Source: Diplonema japonicum (lineage: Eukaryota; Protista; Euglenozoa: Diplonemea). Taken from it: a stretch of DNA of 64,000 nt. The DNA is taken from the NCBI GenBank assembly GCA_964019335.1, contig OZ025753.1, positions 124,001 to 188,000 on the forward strand, given 5' to 3'. The position numbers and the translations under genes are program-made. Numbering within the stretch: the first letter of the stretch is position 1; each line of letters starts with the position of its first letter. The notes beneath the pieces were generated by a model. It ran no database searches and had not been told where the DNA came from. It saw only the letters and a program-made list of their open reading frames with translations. This document shows positions 1 to 11,237 of the stretch, piece by piece.

Positions 1-1854
1 CTCCAGTTGATACTTTGGGATTCAGAAAAGTATACATCCTGATACCAAGAAACGACATGTTTCGTTCAGCCCTTGCTTCGTAAACCTTGATGACTTCAGA
101 GACTGTGGTAGCATTGAGTGACCCCTCCACCTGGGATTCAAGGAATTTCTTCAAGCTCTTTCCAACAACGAAAATTTCATATGCCACCATAGCCATGCCA
201 GATGTGTCCCCTTGCACACGATCTGTCGCAACTGCGAAGGGCGTGGAAATCTGTATCGCGAATTCCAGCTCTGCCCCAAACCCTGCCTCTATGCCTGGAA
301 AGAATTCTAGGAGATCAAGGATGGACTTCATCGTTTCGAAAAACGAATTCCATCTGGTCTTCGTGTACCTCTTGATCTGTCTCGTCTTTTCACGGCATAC
401 TCCATGTGAGACCTGTACGGTGTGGAGTGCCAACTGCCCAGCTTTCGAGGTCCATCTCTTGATCAGCGTTTTCACTTTGGCTCTAATGTTAGCCAGTCGC
501 TCAATCTTGAAGATGTCACCAAGGGCAAGTTGCATGGAATGTGCAACACAACGATATGCTAGGACACCTTCGCAACTCAGCATTGTAGTTGTATCGTTCA
601 AAAGCTGGTCCATTCCGGCAGAGAGCTCAGTGTTGTCGGAGTTGGTGTCGGTTTCAGAGTTGGAGTCAAGGTCAGTGACACCTGAAGCATCACTACTGCT
701 AATGTTGCTGCTAAACATCCTCAGTGTCGTCGAGTGAGAGGTCGAGTTCCACTTCGAAGTCTCGATGTATCTTTGCAAGCGCTGCTTGCATCGCACTAGC
801 ATTATCAGCACATACTGAAAATACATGTACAACATGGCTCCGAAGTTCCAGTATCATTTCACGGATGTGGGACGAAATGACAGCAGCAGTGGCACTCACT
901 TTTGTAAGGTCTATCATCTTGCAAAAGTAGCTGTTCTTCCCATCTGACATACTAATGCCAAGGATGCTTCGACGGTTTATTGTGGCCCCATCAACAAGGA
1001 GGTACACATTCTGCCCTTGGAGCCTGTTTAGGACAGCAGCGTATGTCTCCTGTCCAAGTTCAACAACACGGCTTTGCACGTGTTTCCTGTTGATTCCTTT
1101 CATCGAAAAAGCTGTGAAAGAACTTTCGATCACACAAAACAAACGGCAGGCAATACAGGCAAAGGAAATAGGACACACGATCCACCATACTCAGGGCTCG
1201 CATCTCTTGGACAACACATCTCTTTGCTGCGAGATTTGAGCCTTGAGAATGAGGCGAACCCTGTGACAGCGACAACCCTGGCATTGGCTCAGAGATCGGA
1301 CTGCACTTTTCTTTCACTGGACTGCACTTTTCTTTCGCCGGCTTGGGGATCTTTGCAGCTGTCTTCTTCTTCAGCTTTTCTGCCAATTTCGCTTTCGCAC
1401 CAGGGCTGTGTCTGCACTCCCAGTGCTCCTTCAGCTTCCCCGATCTTGACCGGATGGTCACCGCACGTTCAACACACTCAGGAGCAAGACACGGCCGCTT
1501 CTCCATGACCGTGCCATCCTTTTCCTTCGTCACTATCTTGCCAAAGTAGTACTCCTTAGAAGGGTCGATACCATGTGCATCACCAACAGACCATGTCTTG
1601 TTGTCCCAGATGGATGTCTTGGGTGTTGTAGAACATTCCTTGGCAGGTGCTTCCAACATGACTAGTGCGTTTCCGGACGAGGTGTGTGTTGCCTTAGGTT
1701 GTAAGGCTTCAGCCTTCAGAACCTTGATGGTGTCCTCCAGACCCCTGAGTCCCTTGAGTCCCCTGAGTCCCCTCCAGACCCCTGAAAATTTCAGGGGACT
1801 CCTGTCCTGTCCCTTGGAGTCCCCTGAGTCCCTCAAGGGTCTGGACCAACACTG
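1..1854 (-). mobile_element. hAT-superfamily DNA transposon with decayed transposase; runs off the window start
   Basis: Minus-strand translation gives a BED-like finger (CLAPEC...EHWECRH, ~1400-1500), LLVDG and ADNASAM (ORF 711..1178), RCVAHSMQL (~525-555) and TRWNS (~343-360), broken by frameshift/stop. The terminus CAGTGTTGGTCC at 1854 has clustered GAGTCCC subterminal repeats (1740-1835). Confidence 0.8.
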
Positions 1855-3435
1855 CTCAGACGCGATAGAAGCAGCAAGACGGCTAGGAGCGACACAACTG
1901 CCGTTCGTGAAAAAATCGTTGATAGTGGCACAAAACATCATCCCGGCGGCCCTATATGGTGTTTTGTACGAGCCACCAACGAGGCAACGCCTTGAAGACC
2001 TCAGGATAGCAGTGACAGATGCACTTTGGGGACCCAAGTACGCGACTCGTTCATCACCGACCCTACTAAACGTGGTACTCCCTGGCCATACACATGATCC
2101 AGTGATGGCAGCTATGTACAGGATGTTAGGTGCGTACACCAAGTTGATGAAGAAAGCCCCGGTGAGGAGAAGATGCAGAAGAATTAAAAAGCTGCTGAAG
2201 AAGGTGCACAGTAAAAGAGGCGTAGGGCCGGTGAGCAACCTAAAGCGCAATGTACTTCAACCACTCAAGCTAGGATGGACATGGCTAAGAGCAGTTGCCA
2301 AGCAACCAAAGGGAATGATGGTACATGAGCATCGCCTTCGTATCAAGAGATACCGCAGAGGACAGATGTGCCGAGAACGACCAACCCTCGAGGGGATAAA
2401 AGAGGGTGTGGACGAACAGAGGACAAACATGATATGGAAGACAGCAAAAGCGTGGCAAATACAGAACAACGCAAGGAGAATGCTGACAGGAGCTCTTGGG
2501 ATGGTCCACCCCAAGGTAGAAGATCCAAGAGTACTGTGCAGGGGATGCGGGGAGGTGGCTGGAACCTACACAGCATACCTGGAGCATATCTACTGGAAGT
2601 GCAAAGAGTATGAATCTGTACGGAAAGAAGCGATGTACACCACGGTAATGAATTTTCCGAAGGAAGATATGCCTCAATGTCTAAGACTTCATGGAATCAT
2701 ACCGAAAAACTGCAAAGTACCACAGCCGGAATTGTGCAGAAACTGCTAGTCAACATGATAACTCTTGCGGACGCAACCAAGATGATAGCAGAAAAGAATG
2801 AGAAAAGGGTACATGTATGGAGACGCCCTGCGCTATGGAGCAAGTACACAGTACCTGAAATGAGGTGGTTCCGAAAGCACTTGAAGATGAACTTCATAGG
2901 AGCACAGATTGTGCCGGAAGTAGTTAAGTGGCTTTCGAAATTAGAATGGAATAAGCAGGGGTCGGTGACTAGACTAGAGCTAGTAGATTTCGAGCTGACG
3001 AGTGGGGTGTACGTTTTGGGCAGGCAAGACGACAGCACCAAGAGGGCCAACCGATTGGCAAAAATAATTGAAAGACTGATGGGCGCAGCCGAGGCACACG
3101 CACCAAAGCCGTTCATGCCCAAGGAAATAACTGAATCCGTGGCATTACGATCGATAGGTGCACCCAAGCGACTGAAGGGGTACACCGGAAGGCCGAAATT
3201 CGCATCCAGCAGAACGTGCGAAATTCTGGAAAGACAATGCGCAGTACCGACTGCACAGAGAAAAGAGTGGTCCGACCCCTTCGTGCCCGACTACAGAGCA
3301 CAACAACCTACCAGAACGCAGTCCACCCTTCCCGCAGCCATGCATCCTTCAGCACAGAAGGGTAGCAACATCCGCTAGCGCGGTTAAGAAGTTGCTCGTA
3401 CGCCAGGCGGTTTATGAAGCAACCAAAGTCATTCT
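1855..3435 (+). mobile_element. 3' part of an APE-RT non-LTR retrotransposon, interrupted at its 5' side by the hAT
   Basis: RLGATQL...PAALYG...ALWGPKY...VLPGHT is homologous to the LINE ORF2s at 33308 and 49781. Zinc finger CRGC...EHIYWKC, frameshift ~2745, 3' hairpin GTTGCT...AGCAAC (3391-3423). Confidence 0.85.
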
Positions 3436-3470
3436 TCTTTTTCTTTGTTATATTGTTAAATGTTGTTTTC

Positions 3471-3507
3471 TCACAGCCACAGGTTGAGAAAAGAAAAATA
3501 CGAATAG
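3471..3507 (+). promoter_or_regulatory. Putative (trans-)splice acceptor CACAG|G upstream of the start codon
   Basis: AG conserved at 3482, 11186, 17968, 25751, 40691, 46408 and 58109 (LVIVD genes) and 15525 (TPR gene), ~15-55 nt before ATG, while the DNA further upstream is mostly unrelated. Confidence 0.5.
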
Positions 3508-6186
3508 ATGAATAGTCTTCTGGACATGTTGCTGCTGGCAGCCCTCCTCGCAAGCAGTGCTGCGGCACCACTCAGTCGCATTGGAGGCATCGATGCCCTT
3601 GGTGATGTCAACGACGTGCAAACGATAGGGAACATCGCTTACGTTGCAGGCGGGGCCACGGGTCTCATGATATTCGATGTCAGTGATGCGTCGTCGCCGA
3701 AGCTGCTGGGCAGCAGTGCTGATTGCATTGGGTGCAACACGACAGCTCAGTACGTGACTGTGGTGGGCACAAGAGCTTACGTGGTTCCTCATTACGGTGG
3801 TTACTTTCCCCCAAGTACCCATCACACAGTGTTCGCGATTGTTGATGTGAGCACACCTTCGTCACCGAGGCAGCTGGGGACTTACGAAACGGATGAGCCC
3901 TACCACCTTCATGTTTTCATTTCGGGGAATAATTATGTGTATTCACGTCAGAATGATGGGATCCATGTGGTGGATGTGAGCACACCGTCGTCGCCCAGCT
4001 TGGTGACAAAGCTTGACAGTGAGCACAAGTGGGATACTTACAGCGTTTCTGGGACGACCCTCTTCGCGTATTTGCAAGCAGAACCTTCTGGAGCCCCAGA
4101 CATCTTGCAGCTCTACGACGTAACAACCCCGAACCTTCCTCAGACCTTTGGCGAGCTCACTGTGCAGGAAAACATCACCCACTCTAATCCCACGCTCAGT
4201 GTTTTTGAGTCTCATCTCTATGTGGCTTCTGGTACGTTGGTCACCATCATCGACATCTCTTCACGTTTGTCCCCACAGCAGATGGGTACCTTGACCCTCA
4301 CATCGATATTTTCATCTCTCACCGTGTCGGGGAACACAGCTTATGTTGGGACTTACAACAATAACGGGCCTGGTCTTGTTGTTGTTGACATCAGCGACCC
4401 GTCCATACCGGTACCAGTGGGAAGCAGCACTTTCACTTCTGTATCAACTCTCTCTGTGTCTGGGACGAAGGTCGTTGCTGGGGTTCTTCGTAGTCTGGTG
4501 GTCTTCGATGTGAGCGATCCCTCTTCACCTCAACCTGTGGGTGACTACAGCACGAGGGATTACATGATAAATCTTGAGCTTCTTGGTTCGATGGCTGTTG
4601 TCACTACTACACAACAAGATCTAAGCAACTTGACCATGCAAACCTACGATGTTCGTGATGTGTCTTCCCCGCAAGAGTTGGGCAGTCTTCTGGTCAGTGA
4701 CTATCGAGTTGGCAACTTCCTTGCTCTGTCAGGAACGACAGTGTACTTGCCATTCCAAGAAACCTCTACAGCTCTTGGTATTCAAGCTGTCAGTGTGAGC
4801 GACCCATCTAAGCCCACTGTCTTGGGGGCGTACGAGGTGAATGGCCCGAGTTATGCACACATTGCGGTTGATGGAACAACAGTTTATGCCACTAGCTATA
4901 AGGGTATGGATATCATCGATGCAAGCGTTCCATTATCACCTTCCTTGTTGGGCACCTTTCAGTACAATGGCCAAAATCTATATGGTGTAGCTGTCAACAG
5001 TGGCTTTGCTTACATTATCACCACCACCACCAGCACTACCCTTTGCATTGTCGATGTGCGCGATCCGCAGTCACCCACTCTGTTCACCACCTTAGAGGAC
5101 CTGCCCTGTGTGATTGCAGTCAATTACGTAAGAAGTAGTTCCATAGCCATACATGGAACCACTGTCTACTATTCGTGTGAAGGAACCTTTGGCATCATCG
5201 ACATCAAAGATGCATCGTCGCCTTCACCTCAGCTGCTTGGGGAGTACACAGCACAGGTCTTTGACTTCGCTGTGGACGGGAACACGGTCTATCTTGCCTC
5301 TTATGCTCAGCTTCTCGTTCTCGATGTGAGCACACCGTCGTCTCCACAGCTTGTGGGCAGCCACTTCATCCCCACCGCATTTCAAGGCATCTTTTTCTTC
5401 CCTAACTTCTATCTTGGTATTGCTGTTTCAGATGAGAGGGTTTACGTAGCCAGCTACGGGCTTTATGTTTTTGAAAAGCCCACTTCAACAGCGGCGCCCA
5501 CTCCGACAGTGGCACCCACAGCACCACCCACATCGGTACCCTCAATGGCACCACCCTCAAGATCACCACCCACAACGGTACCTCCAACAGCACAACCCAC
5601 ATCAGGACCCTCAACACCAGTACCGGACGGAACACCAGCACCCAGTGAGAACAGCAATGACACATGGAAGATTGTGGCTATTGTAGCGATTGCAGCACTT
5701 TCCCTTGTCATCGTGATTGCCATCGGTGTTGCTTGTGTATGTAAAGACGAAAAGAAGAATAAATAAGAAATAAGAAGAAAGGAGAAGCAGACCCTCCAAA
5801 GCGCAGTCCGGCTCCACCAATCTAAGAACCACACTTAGCAGTGTGTAGCTTGGAGGACTGGACGATGGGTGTGGTACCGTCGTGTCGCGTCTGTACCTTA
5901 AAAGAAAAACAACTGGAATTTGCCGATACCGCAGTATGCTGCTGCAACAAGGGGGTGGGTAACACCTTCATGTGAAGCGTGCAACTTAAATGCTCACCAA
6001 GGTCATTTTTTGGCAAGTTGCTGCCAAACTTCTTATATCGGGATTCTGAGTCTGAAAAATAAATACCCCACACCACAGTATTGCAAAGCGAAGAAGAAGA
6101 AGGTGCCGTTCACTGGTAGAGATGAAGCTCTGGTAGATTTCAAGAACACGAACGACGACGAAAACGACTTCGGTGTTGCTGCTTAG
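3508..6186 (+). CDS. LVIVD-repeat beta-propeller type-I membrane protein, copy 1; join(3508..5736,6079..6186)
   Basis: Signal peptide, ~14-15 AYV...L.I.DVSxPSSP repeats, Pro/Thr/Ser stalk and TM helix. Phase-0 intron GTATGT(5737)...CACAG(6078). Exon 2 = YCKAKKKKVPFTGRDEALVDFKNTNDDENDFGVAA*. Confidence 0.85.
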
Positions 6187-6807
6187 GGGTGCTGTAGTTT
6201 GTCTGGGAAGGTTCCAAAAAAGAAACAAGAATAGAACTTTAAGCTTTTTTTCATTACCCCCTATTCAAAAAAAAAAAAAAAATGATTACTATATGCAAAT
6301 TGGGCCGAGCAAAAGACCTTGGAAGCCTTTTAAGATTTTTTTTTTTGTTTGTGCGAACAACTAAGACGACTTCGTCAAAAGAATTCTTTTTTTTTTTCTT
6401 ATTGCTAATAGCAAGCCTTGTGTGCCGTTACATCAAATGAAAGAAGAACAGAAAGAAGAAAAGAAAGGTCGGCAAACGCGTGCAAAATCTTGTGGGCTGC
6501 CCTAAGAGACAAGTGCCTGGGAATTCAGGCACATCATCATCACCTCAAAGCACTTCCAACTTATCTCGAGAAGGGGTTACGGATGTGGAATCATACTTTA
6601 ATGGGGGGCAAGAAACCCCTCCCTCAACACAAGTCGCATCTGAACGAACTCCAGGAGCTCCCGCGCTAGAAGCCGCTTTGTAACCTTGCTTTTTTTCTCG
6701 TTTTCTTTTTTTTTTCTCTCGTGTGGGTATTTATTTATTCAAACGAGAAAAAAAAAAAAAAAAAGAACCTTATCGAATTCTTTCTCCTTTTTCTTTTTTT
6801 CTTCTTG

Positions 6808-6840
<33 letters not shown>

Positions 6841-7500
6841 GAACAAGTAAACAAATTTTTGAAAAGAATTGTTATTGCAAAAAAGAGTAGAGGCAGCTTG
6901 TCCGTTTATCCCTACTGTAGGTGAAAACGGCTTGCACAAACAATCAGCCGACTCTTTTTTTTTTTTTGTTTTTTTTTTTTTGTTTTACCTATGTTGTAAT
7001 AACCTTTGGGTGTCTGAATTATTTAAAAAAGAACTTGTTGTCGATCCGAAGCTGCAGACGTACAGATCTGCTTGTAAAGAAGAAGCAGATACCAAAAGGG
7101 GTTGCCGCTGAAATTGATGTCAACTACGCTGGGTCCGGTGAAAGACAGTGAAGAGTGAAATCTCGGTCTGAGAGCCTAGACCGCATCAACAATAGACATA
7201 CCCCCCATCAGGGTGGTCCTCAAGTGATCGCCTTTTCTATTTCCTCTCTTATTTTAATTAACATCGCTTCAATCGGCTTTAGCTTTGGGAATGAATTCCA
7301 AAGGTTTGCGGTTGTTTTGTTTGCTTTCAATGCTTTTGTTTCCCCCTTCTCCCCCCCCCCCCCCCCCCGCAAATCCGGTAGGCATGCCACCGCGGTGGGC
7401 CGTTGCTAACTACTTCGTTCCTATCAGTGAATTTTATTTTCTTTTTAGGCGATCCTGTCACATACTGCAGGTTCCCTTCAAAGACATCTTTTTTTTTATA
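3508..7500 (+). repeat. Segmental duplication unit (gene + intron + downstream), paralogous to ~11238-15300
   Basis: Near-identical coding, intronic and intergenic sequence by eye, differing mainly by indels and homopolymer length. Confidence 0.9.
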
Positions 7501-7514
7501 TACACGAAAAGAGA

Positions 7515-8360
7515 ATGGTGCGAGCCACGAAGTTAGACGGGGCGAAGCAGACGATTATAGTTGCTTACGATTCCCAGCGCTACGACGCTGTACTCGCGCC
7601 GCTACACATGATGGATTGGTTGGGCAAGACGGAGGCCACGGTAGTGCAGATTGAGGACCTGCTGAAGGTGGCACTTGGTACTCGGAACAAGAAGGCTACA
7701 GCACCTGGCCAGACTTCGACTCTACAACAACGGGGAAATCTACCCGGCCCTGAACGAAGGGGTGTCCTGACCACTGGGACGGGGGCGAGTCAGGGGCGCC
7801 ATACCCCCTATGAGAAGGCTGGTAACCGCACACTTAAAGTCCTAAGTAGTGAGGGTGAACAAACAGGCAGTACCAAGAAGCCACCGACACAGGTTTTCCA
7901 TCTCGCAAAGAGACTGCACTTACGGCAGCAGGACAGAAAGAGGTGGCACACGCAATGAAATCCGCGACAGAGAAGAACAAGAAGCGAAAATACAGACCTA
8001 TGTGGGCAGACCCGCAACAGGGAAGGATCAAGGAAGGTCTGATATCTATAGATATCGCAAGACGAGGAGGCCTGGCGACTTTTGTACGCGAGCCACGAAC
8101 AGCTCTGGGAACATCACTCGAGAGGGATGACGCTAAGCAAGACATCAACAGTAGGTGGCAACACACAAGGGTCAGCATAGACGGGGAAAATTTGTGGCTG
8201 CACATCATCACCGTGTACTGCCCAGCAGGGGAGGGAGAGGAACCAAGGAGGCAACGAGAACGACTCTTGCAGCACGTCCTCAGGAAGAAGGCGATGGAGC
8301 TCGGGAACGTCCCCGTGATTGTGGCAGGCGACCTCAACACGGACGAGAAAAGATCGTATG
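7515..8360 (+). mobile_element. LINE fragment with APE endonuclease N-terminal half, related to the element at 47145
   Basis: PMWADPQ...RGGLATFVREPRTAL...WLHIITVYCPAG...IVAGDLNTDE matches the translation of 49195-49545. Confidence 0.85.
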
Positions 8361-8367
8361 AGCTTCT

Positions 8368-8650
8368 GGGCTTTATGTTTTTGAAAAGCCTACTTCAACA
8401 GCGGCACCCACTCCGACAGTGGCACCCACAGCACCACCCACATCGGTACCCTCAACAGCACCACCTACATCAGCACCCTCAACAACACCACCCACATCAG
8501 GACCCTCAACACCAGTACCGGACGGAACACCAGCACCAGTGAGAACAGCAATGACACATGGAAGATTGTGGCTATTGTAGCGATTGTGACGGCACTTTCC
8601 CTTGTCATCGTGATTGCCATCGGTGTTGCTTGTGTATGTGAAGACGAAGT
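8368..8650 (+). pseudogene. 3' fragment (stalk + TM + intron donor) of an LVIVD gene, joined to a LINE fragment
   Basis: Matches 5458-5750 with deletions; donor GTATGT at 8634. Confidence 0.85.
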
Positions 8651-8782
8651 GTGAGGAAAGAAATAAGGGGGGGGGCGTCCTTTTATTTGGACAGTGGAGG
8701 GGGTGTTTGGGCTCCAAAATTGAAGAATTATTGCAAAACGGAATGGTAGCATGTTGCGGGCTTATCTTTCTGCGGGGGTGTT

Positions 8783-8862
8783 TTAACCCATAACACACCG
8801 GGGCCTATCTACATAGGGGTCCCTTTTTTGCTCCTTTTCATAATTTGGGGGGGGAAATGGCA
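8783..8862 (-). mobile_element. Isolated piggyBac terminus, inverted
   Basis: TTAA-CCCATAACACACCGGGGCCTATCTACATAGGGGTCCC... is the reverse complement of 30372-30453. Confidence 0.85.
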
Positions 8863-8920
8863 CAATTGTCGAAACTAAAAACTAGTTGATGGCAGCGTAA
8901 TTAGCTATTTTATTAGGTAA

Positions 8921-9062
8921 CTGAAATGATTTTAAGTTAGAATAGAGAAGCGGAGAAATAGATAAAAAGGGGTGGAAAAGAATAAATACTGCATACGAAA
9001 ACAGAGAGTCGAATATAAAGGGAAAAAGGTGACTGAAATGATTTTAAGTTAGAATAGAGAAG
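8921..9062 (-). repeat. Two copies (8921-8968, 9033-9062) of the CTTCTCTATTCTAACTTAAAATCATTTCAG micro-element
   Basis: Same motif on the + strand at 11643, 28646/30454, 38689 and 52768. Confidence 0.8.
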
Positions 9063-9959
9063 TGACTGACATCCTCAAGAGGAGCCTCCCACGTACCAGG
9101 AATTAAGCAGAGGTTGCTTCCATGGCCCGTATCAGTCTATCGCCGGAAAGAATGATGAAAATAACGGAACGAAGTGAAGAAGGAAAAGAGAAAAGACGGC
9201 CTGGTCGCCAGGAAGTGCTGGTTCAGACGCGTAAAATTCCGCTCGTGCGCACAAACAAAAGGGGAACGTTGACAACGTGTTTCGGGTTGACAAACTTCTC
9301 CAGGTTTACCCGGCACGTACAATTCTTCTTTTCGAAAATCTATATTGGGATTCTGTCTTGGAAACTCCCCCCCAGCTCTCACGCGGGGTGTGCACGTGAC
9401 ATCGACTTTTTATTTGAACAGTTATATAGTTCTATTCAAAAAGAGTAATTTTATAACTTTATGCAACTTGTCCCGAGCAAAAAGACCTGCTGCTTTTTAA
9501 TTATTTTCTTTTTTTGCTCGTGCGAACAACTAAGAGTTTTTGTCACAAGAAGCCGCAGCAAGCCCTTTGTGCGCATGACATCAAAAGAAAGAAGAACAGT
9601 AAAGAAGAAAAGAAAGGTCGGCAAACGCGTGCAAAATCTTGTGGGCTGCTCTTATATCTGGTGAGAACAACCTGGCAAGTCGATACGGATGTGGAATCAA
9701 TAGGGGGGGTGGGGGTGGGGGACAAAGAAGCGACTCTCAGAGCTGCTTTAAACACCTGGGGTCCAATGTATAAACCTTGCGTCCCAAACCCCATCCTTCA
9801 ACAGTCGCATCTGAGCTGACCCCAGGTTTGCTGAAACCCCTTCCCGCGCTAGAAGCCGCTTTGTAACCATATTCTTCTCTGTTTTTCGTGTGCGGTATTT
9901 ATTTTCTTCACACTCTTTTTTTCTTACCTTTGGTGTATGTCTGAATTACTTGTTTGCCG

Positions 9960-10675
9960 AGGGAGAACGGATAGGCCCACCTAGAACGGATAGGCCCACC
10001 TGCAGAAGCTGCAGAGGTATTAATCGTCCTCAAGTGGGATTTGCCTAAAGATTTGCCGGTCGAGACCCTCCTAAGAGTGGCAAGGCTCTGGCCGGTGAGT
10101 AACATTATAGACTGCGAAACCCAAACCTACTACGAACGCTTCCAACGAATGGAGGGAACCAGCGGGCACAGGGCGGCGCAGGGGAAGGGAAAAAACGAGA
10201 GGTCATGGCTACACAAAGCTAGACAGAAAGAGAGCACCCTGAAGATGGAAGAGAACGAGCGTTCACCACTACACAGAAAGGCGGCGATCCCACCGTGGGA
10301 GTGGGAAATCTTGAAAGATCTAACGATACGGACGGAAGGGAGCGGAGTGAAAAAACTCGAGCAGGCAGAACAGAAGAAAGCTGCCCTGCAGACAATCGCC
10401 AAACTACCCAAGGCCGACTACACGGTGTACACCGACGGATCAGTAGCAGACGGCACGGGGGGCGCAGGCATCCTGATTGAACACGCGGGTGGCACCGTTG
10501 AACTGAGCAGGGGTGTGTGCGAAAGTCTTTGCGACAGCTACCAGGCAGAGATGACGGCGATAGGCACCGCACTAGCACACATGGTCCAGAAGGAAGCACA
10601 AGGGAAGCAGATAAACCTCCTGACGGACTCGATGGCATGCCTGCAGAAATTGAAGCAGGGACCAGCAGGGCGATC
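9960..10675 (+). mobile_element. Ingi/I-like LINE fragment with RNase H domain
   Basis: YTDGS...DSYQAEMTAI...LLTDSMACL carries the RNase HI catalytic motifs; paralogues at 22990 and 38000. Confidence 0.85.
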
Positions 10676-11237
10676 CCGGCGTAACCCCTTTGTTAATCGT
10701 GTCGATGCTTAGGGGGCTTGGATTCACCGCAACCGCGCTTTGAATTGGGCAGCAGGTCGGACCGCGAAGCGACCCAGGTGTTGGCAACACCTCCCAAAGC
10801 GAGCTGGGGATGCATGCGCACTCTAGCTTACGGGCGAAAGATAAATGCCCCCCTCCCCGGTCGTGAGGCCTATGGGTGTGGCACGCCATGCGTGAAACGT
10901 TTAGCTCCCTTGAAGCTCACACCAGTGTGCGAGTTTAGCCCATTTTTTGGCACGTTGGCGATGGCTGTGGTGGTCGTTGCAAGAGCGCCTATAGGTAGTA
11001 TTGGACGATTCAGTTAACAGAATAGTTTTTTTTTTTTTCTTGCTTTCCATTTTATGGAGGTGGGCCGTTGCTGACCACTTCATTCCTATCATATAATGAA
11101 TTTTTTCTTTCTCTCTAGTTTCGAATGCTTCCCCTTTCTTTTCTTGAAAAATGGCCATCTGCAGCAGCTATGTTAAAATATCACAGGTTTACGAATAAAA
11201 AAAGAGGGTAAAAAAAAAGTAACCAAAAGACTGCAAA

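Noticed and set aside
1598-1854. N-terminus of the 383-aa LINE ORF and C-terminal fusion ORF 1060..2250
   Set aside because: Both are chance read-through across the hAT/LINE junction at 1854.
5737-5766. KKxx ER-retrieval signal (KKNK*) on the unspliced isoform
   Set aside because: Present only in near-identical copies 1 and 2 and explained by the A-rich intron start.
8875-8920. Helitron-like terminus in the ACTAGTTGATGGC...GCTCGTGCGCACAAA repeat (also ~37795, ~39850, ~55962)
   Set aside because: CTAG is present but I found no convincing subterminal hairpin or 5' end.
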